A DNA stretch of 64,000 nucleotides from Octopus vulgaris. Its lineage: Eukaryota. The stretch spans positions 102,920,001 through 102,984,000 of the forward strand of contig OX597816.1 of the NCBI GenBank assembly GCA_951406725.2, written 5' to 3'. This document shows positions 14,030 through 28,304 of this stretch, in pieces. Position numbers and translations under genes: made by a program. The notes under the pieces are model-generated. The model was given only the letters and a program-made list of their open reading frames with translations. It was not told where the DNA came from and did not search any database. Numbering within the stretch: position 1 is the stretch's first letter; each line of letters opens with the position of its first letter.

Positions 14030-15120
14030 AGATTGAATTCCTCACAAAAGGTTTAAAGTTCTCTTCAAGCTCACAATAAAACACGGGATGATATCTTTCA
14101 CCTCTGTTAGAAATTACGCTAAGAGAAGAATTATTTGAGAAAAAAATACGACGACGAATTAATTGTACGAACCAAAAGTAATTAGAATTCAATAAAAGAT
14201 AAGAACAAACCATAAGGCCAACTTTTGATTTTATGTTCAACTTCTCATATTGCCAGATCCAAATCTACCAAGAATTAAAAGAAATGGAAATTTACCATGA
14301 ATTTAAAAACAATGACAATGACATCATAATTTAAGAAGCAGCTAAGCGAAGCGCTTTTATCATTATCGATAATGTATATTATGCAAACTCCACATTATTC
14401 CAACCACATGACACTACTGCTATGAAAAAAAAAATAATTATCAAAATCTTGAAGATACTAAGAGCCTGTATTCATCCACATTGAAAAGTTTTAACTAAAA
14501 AGAATGTGATTATTTAAAGAACTTTGAATGCAAAGCCAGTAATCTATACGGGATCGACAAAATTTACAAGTATATAACGATATACGACGACTGTAAGGAA
14601 TCAACTTCCATGAGTATAAACATGCTGCATCCCAACGATGTTAAATTAAGACCAATAATGGCGGGCCCAGATTATGAAACAGAGTTAGAAACTTAGTAGA
14701 CTTGAAAGCCATTGTGAAACTCCTATTAAGTCTTATTAGAAATGACTCGTTAAGCCACTACCCGCAAAGTTTAACAAAAACACTAGCATTGTGTCTTTTT
14801 ATGTTGTAAACCTCTATAGTACTATCGTGCACGACTATGGACTGAAAAGCAGAGGATTCTGGTTGTTTAAAAACTTCTCTAAAAATTCCAGCCCAAACTG
14901 AAAAAGATGACTTACTGGGGGATAAAATTTATCATACAAAATATTTTTTTCAACTTAAGCTTATTTTACAAAACCTCTGAATATGCACGAAAAACGTATG
15001 CTCATTAAAAATACAAATCACGATTGAATAGGCTATAACAACATGTTTAACAGATATTTCACGATTGCAGATCATATTCTCACACGAGAATACATAGAAA
15101 ACCATATACAACAACAAATA
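14030..15120 (+). pseudogene. Penelope-like element (PLE) reverse transcriptase remnant
   Basis: FLTKGLKF (about 14040), NLYGIDKIYK and KLRPIMAGP (14540-14670), and IVSFYVVNLYSTIVH (14790-14835), matching PLE RT motifs YGLPKIHK, LRPI and SFDV..LYT.IP. Confidence 0.8.
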
Positions 15121-15616
15121 AACTATCGTATTTCTGTATTTTTTGTTATTCTCAGAACTTCTTTAGATTATTACTTGAAGCGTTCACTGGATTAACACAG
15201 GCTTGATTTTGATGTATTTCTTATCCATACCGTCACGTGACTCAATATGACAGCATAACGTCCAATTGTCATCCATGCTACATGACACATTCACTAGCTT
15301 AATAAATCTTTAACTTTTGATGCAACAGCCATTCATATTGTCATAGGATTCTCTGGTCGCATGATCTGGTTCAGCCAACCAAAGTTCACGCTAACTGATA
15401 GCAATATGTGTTACAATCTCTCCATAAAGAAGGAGCAATATTCAAACTTAAATTAGAGAGTTGAGACAAACACGGGCATGGGTATTACGCAAGGTGATTC
15501 CAACTCACACAATTTCTAAGTAGCATGAACTTGTGAAATCGGCTAAACAATTCTGAATGAATCTTTCTAGAGATACAGAGCGCATTTTCAATATTTCTTT
15601 TATAAATATAGATATA

Positions 15617-15849
15617 TAGGGTTGGTCACAAGTCACCCGATAGTGAATCAAAATTTCATAAATACTATTTGTAATTCTGTATTAAATCGAATGGGAAAAT
15701 GTATCGCTCAAGATGGACTTCAGTATGAACAATTTTCATGATATTTCATATTTAGATGCTTTTATCAAATCCATTCAGTTGTTAAACATAAATAAATCTT
15801 GGAATTAAATGGTTTTGATATCTTGTCAGATGACTTTTGGCCAACCCTG
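15617..15849. mobile_element. Tc1/mariner-type MITE
   Basis: TIRs (c/t)AGGGTTGGTCACAAGTCACCCGA and TCAGATGACTTTTGGCCAACCCTG, with TA on both sides. Confidence 0.85.
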
Positions 15850-16129
15850 TAAATATATATATATATTTCAACACGTAGATACATATATAGATACATATAT
15901 GTAGATATTGTGATTGAACGAATTACTACGTCTTTTTATTATTATTATATTTATGTATATTTAAGTGAATAGAAAGCTGGGGGGAGGGGGGAGTTAAAGA
16001 TATGTTGAAAATATTTGTTTAAAATATTTCTATTTATGTTGCAGATTAATAACATCCTGTGATATATCCTTCTGTGGGGACCTATTTATCAATCTATCTA
16101 CTGCTCAATCTCTCGCTTTCTCTGTATGC

Positions 16130-16164
<35 letters not shown>

Positions 16165-16350
16165 TTTTCTCCTTCTCTCACACCTCTCTGAATGTCTGTC
16201 TGTTTAACAACCAATCTATCTGTATAAATTTACCTCCGGCGTACTATCTGTTCGTATGATTCTTTATCTATTGTTTTTCGAGTTCTTCGCAAATTTTCTA
16301 GTTTCCATTCAGTTACGTTATTATTGTATTTAACAACAGGCACTCATTAA

Positions 16351-16550
16351 AGATGGTGCTTTCGAAGGATCGCTGGAAGTAGGACTTACCTTGCGGTATT
16401 CATTGCGGCTGTTCATGTTCCGAGTTCAAGTTCAGCCGAGGTCAACTTTGCCTTTCATTCCTCCAAGCTCCATAAAATACCTGTTATATACTTGGGTCAA
16501 AGTTGTCAACTGGAAGACTGACTTCAAAATTGCTGACTTCCATAAATAAG
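16351..16550 (+). mobile_element. Degenerate S1 SINE
   Basis: GAGTTCAAGTTCAGCCGAGGTCAACTTTGCCTTTCATTCC matches the S1 body. Confidence 0.7.
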
Positions 16551-16600
16551 AAACTATTACATGCACGTTGCGCGCATACACACACACGCACAAGCACATA

Positions 16601-16641
<41 letters not shown>

Positions 16642-17024
16642 ACAATATAATATAATATGATATTACGTGTGTGTATATATATATATACCCTTGTGGGTAG
16701 TAAAGAAATATATATATATATATATGTATAACTGACAAAAATAGTATTAATTCTCTAGGTCGTTCAATTTTTCTCCGTCGATCAATGTGCGGGCTGAGTA
16801 AACCAATCAATAAAGAACCCATATTGACTGGTGGAAACAGCTGTAAGTCAAATTTACTACTAAAAGTATGTAATGATCATTATTTATGTCTTGTCCCAAA
16901 CATATACACACACATACATACATACATGCAAACATACATACATACATACATACATACATACATACAAACATACATACATACATACATACATACATACATA
17001 CATACTTACGTACATATATGCTTT

Positions 17025-17181
17025 TGTCACTGTGCATTTAGATGCACAGCCTTTGTCATATGTGATTATATATAAATATACACAGACATAGACGCGTGCA
17101 CACATATATGTTTATACTTAAGCTCAGATGTAATTATATATATAAACACACACACACACATATATATGTATATATGTGTGA

Positions 17182-17215
<34 letters not shown>

Positions 17216-17308
17216 TTGTGTTTGTGCGCGTGTGTGTGTATGCTTATATATATATACATATAAGCATGTATGTATACATATATACATATATATACACATA
17301 TATGCATA

Positions 17309-17352
<44 letters not shown>

Positions 17353-17456
17353 TATCTGAGCGTATGCATATACATATGTGTGCACGCGTTTGTGTCTGTG
17401 TATATTTATATATAATCACACATAAGAAAGGCTGTGCATCTAGATGCACAGTGACA
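17025..17456. repeat. Imperfect inverted duplication around a (TA)/(TG) microsatellite core
   Basis: 17025-17142 is the imperfect reverse complement of 17341-17456. Confidence 0.85.
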
Positions 17457-18544
17457 CACGACAATACACACAAACATACACACGCGCACACACACATGCA
17501 CATAATGGACTATTAAAAATGTATTTTACGTAGTACAAATATTATCTGACGTAAGACTCAATGCGTGTTAGACGTGAATGCCTGCAGGGACATAATTGTT
17601 TTGAAATCAAATTTAATGGTAGAGATTATAATAGAAAGTTATTGCTAAGGTGTATGTAGGTATAACTGAGTTGGGACAATCCTTAACACATTTATATTTT
17701 TAATGGATTAAGCTCAAATTGTTAGAGGAACATTAAACTATTGGGGATGACGTTTGCACAGGTTCGGACAATAAAACATAATTGATGTTAGTTTGGAAAA
17801 GTAATAATATATATATATAAACGAGTTCGTTCTAGTTCAGAGGTCAGATTTCTATTAATCGAAATATACTTGCTTGATGGTAGTGGTGGTGGGGATAATA
17901 GATGTACAGCCAAGTTGTAAAAATAAGTATAAATGGAGATACAAGCAAACCACGCATAAGAATATTAATACGAATTTATACCGACGCATGTCCCCTACGT
18001 AGGTTACATTTTCTAATCTTGATACTATGTTGATTGAGATCCCAACTGAAAGGATGGAAATATTATATCAAGTGGGAAGAACTTAGAGTATGCAAATTAC
18101 TAGCTTCAGTTCTCTGAGGCTGATGGATTTGCTGTGCATATAAAAAGATTGGTTACCCATTCTTCTGGGATTGGATATGTGGCGTAGACACCGCGTATGC
18201 GATGTAATTAATGCTTTTAAGTGTTCGGAAGTCGATTAATTTTTGTTCAGTCTCAGGTGAAATAATCAAATTTTCCCTGGTTCAATGTCTACTCCTTTTA
18301 TATCTTACATATATATGCATACACGCATGTATATATATATATACATACATACATACATGTATGTATGTATGTATGTATGTATGTATGTATGTATGTATGT
18401 ATGTATGTATGTATGTATGTATGTATGTGTGTGTGTGAGTGTGTGTGTGTATGTGTGTGTGTGTGTGTGCGTTAAATAAAATGCGACAACAAAACCAAGG
18501 CTATGTGGAATTTATAAAGAGGACATTTATAAAGAGAAAGTTAG

Positions 18545-18590
18545 TTTTACAGTTGTTTCTGGGATATCAGGGATATTGCTTCATCAAAGA
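18545..18590 (-). ncRNA. Degenerate minimal hammerhead ribozyme motif (PLE-type)
   Basis: Minus strand UCU-UUGAUGA-...-GAAA-CAACUG-UA-AAA. Core order is right, but C3, stem I and stem II are mutated. Confidence 0.4.
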
Positions 18591-18752
18591 CAATATAAGA
18601 CAGTTAACTAATATAAGGAGTTATTTTGGAAAATGATGGATGTAGGAAGTATAAAGGGAAATAAAAGAATAAAAATAAAAATAAAAATATATGGAGGATG
18701 TTAGCACTTACATAGCCTTACCTGCCATCTTGGATCTTCCAGATACCAATAC

Positions 18753-18820
<68 letters not shown>

Positions 18821-18868
18821 CATATATATATATATATACATATATATATATGTATATATACATATATA

Positions 18869-18958
<90 letters not shown>

Positions 18959-19038
18959 CATATATATATATATATATATACACATATATATATATATATA
19001 TAGATACATATATGTGTGTGTATATATATATATATTTA

Positions 19039-19142
19039 TTGGCCTGCTCGCTTAGCCAGCGGGGTGATGTCATCTGAAGGCTAAAACGCATTGTGACCAG
19101 CGATGTGTAGCAGCCTCTGATAACCTGGTCGGTTACGGTGAT
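19039..19142 (+). mobile_element. 3' fragment of SINE family S3
   Basis: Matches 49337-49450 (TTGGCCTGCTCGCTTAGCC...CCTGGTCGGTYACGGTGAT). Confidence 0.85.
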
Positions 19143-19164
19143 ATATATATATGCTTAGATACGT

Positions 19165-20767
19165 AGGTATTTAGGTAGGTTTCGGTCACATTGACCCAGG
19201 CCATAACTAACTTAATAGCACCACCTAGAAATAGCATTTAGTAATGTATTTTTGTAGAGTTATTTTTAGGCACCATTGCCCATTCGATTAAAGAGTTGTT
19301 TGCACCAGTATATATGGGTGTAGGTGGTTTATCTGGAATTTTTTTGAGATATTCATTCGGGAACTTTTTGAAGGTTATGAAATCTTTTCCCTCCTTTTTA
19401 TGTTTTGGAATGATGTTAAAAAGAGCAAGTCTAGTTGAGGAGAAGTAATTGTGTCTTTATGTTGTGATTTCTGTAAAGGACGAATTACTGTAAAGGACGA
19501 ATAGCACAGGGACCAGGCCTTGGGTGGATTTTAAAGTGATACCGATATCATTCGGGCAATACTGTCGGAACAATTTCCACATCATACAAATAATAAAGCG
19601 CATTCGGCCGCGCTGGAAAAGAATACAGTTTGAGATTCGCGAGTCGATCCCGTAATTAAGACCAGACATGCCATCAATTTTTTTTGTAATTGATCTCTGG
19701 AGTGCTTCAAGCTTTTAGATATCCTGGCTCGTGTAGGGAGACCATAGCGGATCATAGAGACCATAGCATTAAAGGGGGGGAGGCGAAGGTAGAACAATGA
19801 AGGATAATGGTTTGAGCATATCTAGACTGGAAAGTCCTGAGCATCCAGGAGCACGCCCTGAGGGTCATACCGATTTTCTTGTTTATGTGGACACTTCAAC
19901 TTAAGTTATCGTCGACAGTCACACCGAGGTCCCTAACGGTATTTGATGCCGTGAGGTATTCACCTGAAGGAAGAATATATGGTTGTTAAGTGCAGCCTCT
20001 TTACCAAAGTGGATTAACTTAAACTTGTTCTCGTTCAGTTGCATGTTATGTTTCTGCGTCCATTGGATAATAGCAACTAGATCCGATTGAAGATTTGTCC
20101 GGTCTCCCATCCTGTTGATAACCTTCAGAAGCTTAGTGTCATCCCCGAAAATTTTTATGTTACTGTATTTAATGACCCTGATGATGTCATTTATGTCGAT
20201 AAGGAATAGGAGTGGGCCTGACACAGTGCCTTGTGGGGCACCACTGATGACTTTTGCTGTGCTTGATCGAACACCATTGATCACCATATGCTGTGTTCTG
20301 TTCACCAGAAAAAATTTAAACCACTTTAGAAGCTCCCCTTGTACTCCAATGCTGGAGAGTTTTTTTAACAAGATGTTGTGGTCAACCTTGTCAAAGGCCT
20401 TGCTGAAGTCAAGATATATGACATCTGCATTGGATCCTTTACCCAAGGCCTTTAGGATATCGTCGAAATGATGCAAGAGCTGTGTAAGTTAGTCCCTGCC
20501 ATTGCGGAAACCATGCTGGTTGGGAACCAGCAGGTTGTTGCTTTCCAGGAAGTGTGTCACTCTAGATCGCACCACTCTCTCAAATAGTTTGAAGAGATGA
20601 GAATTAAGGGAGATAGGTCGGTAATTCACTGCTTGGAACTTGCTGCCCGTTTTGAAGACTGGAACGATCGACTGAGAAGGGAAACCATCAGGAATATAGC
20701 CAGCGTCTATAGAATGGCTAGGGGGAATGCGAGGTGGTGATGGCATTCCTTTAGGACTTTAGCGAGG
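19165..20767 (-). pseudogene. CR1-group LINE, 5'-truncated ORF2 (RT) plus 3' UTR
   Basis: NYRPISL, QHGFR, DVIYLDFSKAFDKVDH, SGAPQGTVSGPLLFLI, IFGDDTKL and C-terminal IPDKP...NNSL. Stops and frameshifts present. Confidence 0.92.
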
Positions 20768-21339
20768 TGTATGTATGTATGTATGTATGTATGTATGTAT
20801 GTATGTATGTATGTATGTATGTATGTATGTATGTGCGCGAGTGTGTGAGTGAGTGTGTGTGTGTATATATATATAAATACATATATAGTGTATACATTAG
20901 GTTGTAAGAAATATATTGTATAACATATATCATTTAAACTTCTATGCGCCATCGCCAGCTTTATCACCCTTGCAATGGTCATTTGTTAAGATTGGGTTTT
21001 GATTAAGTAGTGACGTCCATATTATTGCTCTCTTTCGAGTTTCTTGCGGTGATGTAGGTTCATCTGGGAGCATGGACAAGAGGAGATTGTTTCTTAAAAT
21101 TATCTATATGTATGTAGAGCATATTTCTATACGTATACACCACAGGAACACACATACACACATACATTAATGTATGTATACGTATGCAGTTATACATATA
21201 AATTGTGTATAGATGTATGTGTCTACTGTATATATAAAGGAATGTATATATATATATATAGATATATATATGTGTGTGTATGTATGTGTGTGTGTGCGTG
21301 TGTGTGTGGTGTGTGTGTGGTGTGTGCGTGTATGTTACA

Positions 21340-21759
21340 TATATATAGAAAATTCTAGAAGCGCTAGTACCTAATTTCCGCATTGAGTGTTATACAAATG
21401 CCAGAACTGGCCATCATTGTATTGTACCAAAGGTACCATCCACTCCATCTAAATTCAGGACCAGGTACTGCAATAGTCTAGGGCCGAAAGGCCCACAGCT
21501 CGTCAATGCCCTGCCATAAAAATTAACAAATCTGCACAAGGTGGAAATAAATGTCATCAAAAAGGAACTAGATATCCTCCTCTCCACAAAACCTGATGAA
21601 CCAACAACCAGGCATGAGGTACAGAAGAGGGCAGCGGAATCAAACTCCCCTGTATATCAAATGGGCCAGCACTTAGGACAAAGGCACATGCAGGAAATCA
21701 GAAAGACCACGGTGGTGCTCCAGCATGACCGCAGTCAATTGGCTGAAACGAGTAAAAGA

Positions 21760-21760
<1 letters not shown>
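21340..21760 (+). mobile_element. CR1-group LINE 3' end (ORF2 C-terminus plus tail)
   Basis: KILEALVPN...RTRYCNSL...GPQL.NALP...KKELD..L...PDEP...RAAESNS, followed by tail GGTGGTGCTCCAGCATGACCGCAGTCAATTGGCTGAAACGAGTAAAAGAG. Confidence 0.85.
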
Positions 21761-21823
<63 letters not shown>

Positions 21824-21996
21824 GTGTTTTTCTATATGTATATATTATGTAGGAGTGTGCATATATACATACAAATATGCCTACATATACACATACATAT
21901 ATATATACAAATATAGATATATGTATGTATATATGTATAGAAATACATACATATATATATAGAAATATATATATGTATATATGTATATATGTATAT

Positions 21997-22037
<41 letters not shown>

Positions 22038-22160
22038 CATTCACACACACATATATGCATGTATATCTATCTATTTATCTATATATGTATTTACAGTCAT
22101 ACATAAATACAAAAGCACAAAATCACACCCTATATATATATGTGTGTATATATATATATA

Positions 22161-22209
<49 letters not shown>

Positions 22210-22678
22210 ATCTGTGTGTGTACGTTTATATGTACATAAAACATAATTTTGCATAGTATGACTACATTAAAATCATCATAATTTACTAATGTTTCTCACC
22301 GTTGTTTACCTATAATATAGGATGAATAATCTGTATTTTAAATGCATGTTTCATAAAACTGAAAATTGCACGTCTCTATTTATCGTAATTATTTGCTATC
22401 TGAATATTTTCTGATTATTCAGGGAAAGAAGTAAAAAAAAAAAGAAGAATTGTAAATAGAAACACAAAGCTGTGTATTTAGAAATAAATTTTGCGACTTC
22501 AAAAATATTCATTAATCCAAATGAGTTGAATGCCTTTTATCTAATTGTATATAGAAATGTTTACAAACATGCATGCAAGCGTAAAATATATGCACACATA
22601 TATTCATACACAACACACAGAAACACACACATAGACACACACAGCATATATATACACGACTATATGTAACTGTGTGTG

Positions 22679-22733
<55 letters not shown>

Positions 22734-22891
22734 AAATTATACATATGCATAGATGGATTTGCATATATGCACGTATATCCATAGTGTATATACACACACA
22801 TATATGTAAAATGAATAAACATATGCATGGATATATGCATATATCTGTTAATTATATAAATATCTATAATGCGTGTGCATATTATATATAT

Positions 22892-23007
<116 letters not shown>

Positions 23008-23293
23008 CTAGATAAATAGATAGATAGACAGACAGATATACATATATATATATATACATACATATATATACATATATGTATGCAAATATATATATATATA
23101 TATATATGTATATGTATATATATGTGTGTGAGTATATGCGTGCGTTAGGGGGGATGTGAACATATATATCGACGGATAGCAAACGCTAGCCTAAACTGTG
23201 CCGGGGCTTTACTCATCATCTGTTTATATATTTTATATAATTTCTCCATTATATATATATAATTATATGTGTATGTACATGTATTTATATATA

Positions 23294-23352
<59 letters not shown>

Positions 23353-24124
23353 GTATATATTTATTTATATATATATACACACACACTCATATACTTATCA
23401 CCCATAATGTGGAATGAAACTCAGAGATCATTTTCAACTTACATTTCACAAAAGAAACTCAATCACTCATAAAAACACATACATGTGCAAGTTGTACTTA
23501 TGAATTGAAAAACAATTTCTTTGCTGAAAAGGTAACTCCCACAGAAATACAACTTACATTCTGTCCACAATTTCGATATGATTGGTCCTGATCATGATCT
23601 TCCTTATTCCCTGGTCACCATTCTTCCGAAAGGTCCGTATTTGAAACAGCAATATCATAGTAGTAATTTTTTATATTTCCTGTTTTTTTTTTCTTTTTCG
23701 CAAAATTTTTTTATGTAGGAATACGTTATGCAATTGGTCTGCTTCCTAAAACCGTAGGATGTGATTTTAACGAGATTAGGCTGCTACATCTAGCAGACCC
23801 AGTAGAGGTTCATCCGTTAGTTAAAGTTCATGAAACATACTTACATACATAAATAAATACATACATACATGCATACACACACACACACACAGACACATAT
23901 TAATATATGCATATATAAATATGTATATATGCATATATATATGTATGTATGTATATATATATATATACATGTGCATATATATATATAGACATATATGTGT
24001 GTATATATATATATTATTAATATTAATATAATTATAAATTTAGTAATAAATAAGTTAACATTTTTAACGTCCTAAAGTCGATGAACCAACTATTGTGCTC
24101 CTCCATTTTCTTTTTTTCTATATA

Positions 24125-24175
<51 letters not shown>

Positions 24176-24631
24176 GCGTGTGTGTGTATGTATATGTGTG
24201 TGTATATGCACATATATATACATATACAAATACAGACAAGCACCTACATACGAATATAAGGATATATATATATAAATATATATACATATATATATATATA
24301 CATATATATATATCATATATATATATATCATTTATATATACATATATATCATATATATATATAGCATATATATATATATATATATATTGTATAAATATAT
24401 ACATATATATATGTATATGTATATGTATGTCAGGGATAGTTATTGCCCATGATGTATTATCACGCAAGATGTGCAGTGTGCAGTATGAACTGGTGAATTA
24501 GTATTATATTTGTGCATGTGGATGCATATCTGCATATGCACATAAAAGACTGTCACGTCTACTGCGTTATAGTAATACATACAAATAGACATCTGTCTAT
24601 CTATCCATCAATATATTAATATATATGTATG

Positions 24632-24699
<68 letters not shown>

Positions 24700-24769
24700 T
24701 ATATATGGGTATGTATGTAAATATATTTAGCACACACACGCGCACAAATACACATATACATATATATAA

Positions 24770-24825
<56 letters not shown>

Positions 24826-24871
24826 AAACAAGTCAAAAATAGAAAATGCTAAGATAATTTTATAGTGAATC

Positions 24872-24915
24872 TTTCAGTACCGGTTTCGGTCATTTTGAGA
24901 CCTTTTCAACTGTAA
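24872..24915 (-). ncRNA. Minimal type I hammerhead ribozyme, U3-A8 variant
   Basis: Minus strand: UUACAG | UUGAAAA | GGUC-UCAAAAU-GACC | GAAA | CCGG | UA | CUGAAA. Stem I CAG/CUG, perfect 4-bp stem II, palindromic stem III ACCGGU, GUA cleavage triplet. Confidence 0.75.
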
Positions 24916-25415
24916 CGATTAAATAATTAAATTTAGAAAAATTAGAAGAAAAGGTTTTTTTAAAAGAATATTTCTATAGTAGTGTTCAGATATAAGTAGT
25001 ATTCTGCCTTTCTCTGACTCCCTTGTATATATATATGCATATCTAGATATATATGCATATATAATATGTGTGTGTGAGAATGTGTTGTGTGTGTACGTGT
25101 GCTTGTGTGTGTTTGTAAGGAATGAAATATCCAGGCGCATAAACATGTGCATACACGCCCACAAACATACATAATATATTGCAGTAATATATTGCATACA
25201 TAATATATCGCATAATAGGTATAAATAATATACACAATTGGCCATTTATAGAAATATTTATAATTAGTATGCAAGGCAATTTTGAAATATATATATACCA
25301 ACACACACACACATACACACATACACACACACATATATACATATATATATATATGTACATATATATACATATATATGTTTATGTATAAATATATACACAT
25401 ATATATATGTATATG

Positions 25416-25517
<102 letters not shown>

Positions 25518-25699
25518 CATACATAAATACATACATCCATGCACATTAGGTTAGAGAAATATATATGTGAAATCAGAGGACAAAACTCAGGGTAGCAAAA
25601 TAATGACTTGAGCAAAATAATATTGATACGTTCATATATCTTTATATACAACCCCACCATTTACTGATGTTTATATGAATATATGAATGCTATTATATA

Positions 25700-25740
25700 T
25701 AGTGTCTTATTACTTAACACACTCATCGGTTCGATTTCCA

Positions 25741-25783
<43 letters not shown>

Positions 25784-25910
25784 AAAACACACTTAATATG
25801 AATAAATTCATGTGTATATATATACACATGAACGTATTCATATTAAGTGTGTCTGCGATACGAAATCTCAGTTCAACTAAACTACATATACAGATACGAA
25901 CATATTCATC

Positions 25911-25958
<48 letters not shown>

Positions 25959-25999
25959 TGGAAATCGAACCGATGAGTGTGTTAAGTAATAAGGCACTA
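25700..25999. repeat. Nested palindrome
   Basis: 25701-25744 is the reverse complement of 25955-25998 (one mismatch), extended inward by (TA)n. Inner hairpin 25787-25852 is centred on (TA)n. Confidence 0.92.
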
Positions 26000-26028
26000 A
26001 AAAAGAATGACTCTCCCCAGACACAATA

Positions 26029-26060
<32 letters not shown>

Positions 26061-26169
26061 TTATATATATATGTGTGTGTGTGTAAAGCTAAGATCCAAG
26101 GATGAATGAGTGTATATGTATGTATATGCATGTACATATACATATACATATATATATATATTTGTGTGC

Positions 26170-26205
<36 letters not shown>

Positions 26206-26434
26206 GTGCATATATATATTCCAGTCCCTTTACTTATTTTACTTCTCCTTCGACTTAGACACTCTCACTGATATATATATATATGTATGTATGTTTGTAT
26301 GTATGTATGTATATATATATGTATATATATATGTATATACATATATATATATGCATATACAGATATATATATATTTTATATGTATGTATATATGCATATA
26401 TCTGTATATATCAAAGTATAAGTGTCACTTCGCA

Positions 26435-26473
<39 letters not shown>

Positions 26474-27239
26474 TTCTCTCTGCCTCTATCTATCTATCTA
26501 TCTATCTATTTATCTACCTATCTGTCTATATCTATATATGTTATAATAAAGAACTAGCTTTATGATCGTAACTCTTCTTATTTGACACTTCCAGAATATT
26601 ATTTTAAGTTAGACAAGTCTTGTTACTCTAATCGCTGTTGGCACATAAGAGCCGCATTCTACAATGGGAAATCCTGAAAGTAACCAACCAAAAAATGATC
26701 GCTTGACTACTGGATTTGCAGCTAACTCCAAACTTCCTGAACTTGTCTGGCTTAATACTTAGGAGAGATTCTTGAGCAGTGATTTGTGAAAGGATATCAG
26801 AAAATGGTAGATGCATGTGAGATAAAGACCAAAGATGAGAGCAATGATTATCTTCAACAAAATGCTAAAGCAGAATAGTTACAGAATGAGTAGAGAGTTA
26901 CAGCTGCATCAAGCTTGGTGAAGTGGTTGCATGGAGTCGGACGAAAAATCATACCGTGCTACAGTGTGGGTGAAAAGAACCCGGATATTCTGTACTAGCA
27001 TCAATGGTGCTCGTCACAGCTGGAAGGAGCAATATTTTGGGAAGGTGACGAAATCTTTGTGATCTCCAGCCGACAGCTGACAAAGGGAGCGCCCAATTAT
27101 TGAAGCTGATTATAATACGCATACACACACATATACACATATACACATACATACACACAAACACAAAAGCACACGCTCACATATAAGTATATATTAACTC
27201 TGTGTATGAATAAGAACACACACACATATATACATACAC

Positions 27240-27302
<63 letters not shown>

Positions 27303-27461
27303 CATATGCATATATACTCATGTATATACACACACATACATATATTCTTTTACTTGTTTCAGTCATCAGTCTGCAGCCATGGCGTTTGCATTTGCATATA
27401 TACACATATACATACATATATACATGGATAAATACATATATATATACTCACATACACACAG

Positions 27462-27516
<55 letters not shown>

Positions 27517-28219
27517 AAATAAAATGAGTGACGGAGTGTATTTAGCGTATATATATATATATACAAGTGTTAAATGAAAGACGGAAGATGGAATATACGA
27601 GAATTTTTATTAATCACGACATAGGTGCATATGCATGCATATACATTTTTATGCTCACATACATACACACACAAATTCGTGAGTGCACGTATGTTCACCT
27701 ACTGCGGATTATGTTACAACCCATTCCGCTTTCTTGTGCATTAGATATTTATACTACTATACCTTGAATACTGCATCGACTGAGATCCCATTCGAAGAAT
27801 CACTAGTATACCCTTGTACTTATGAACTTAAGTTTACAAATTCAGTCGATCAAAGGATATGTTGTCGATTTGGCGCAGTGGTTCGCACTGTTGTAAAGAA
27901 TATAGCTAAAATAACATTCGAATTCTGCGGGTGATGTTTTACTTCACCCATTTTCTATATCTGATATATATATAAATAGTGTTATGTCTGGATTCCTGAG
28001 AAGACTGAGATTCCTGTTCATAGGTCACTTAGAGTGTCATTGCTCATACTTAACTCGACTAATTTAGTCGGTAAGAAAGAGTGGTGGCGCTTTGGTGTAG
28101 CATTTAGCACAACTTTACGGCTGAAATCTGATGGGACATTCCAATTCCGCAGGGTATGTTATAACATTTCTCTCTTCAGTAATATATACACATTTATGCT
28201 ATTTTCTATTTGTGAGCGT

Positions 28220-28304
<85 letters not shown>

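Noticed and set aside
21592-21602. CTGATGA motif
   Set aside because: It encodes the PDEP peptide of the CR1 ORF2 and has no hammerhead stems.
26600-27100. Complex sequence faintly resembling a CR1/L2 3' region on the minus strand
   Set aside because: Motif matches are too weak to call.
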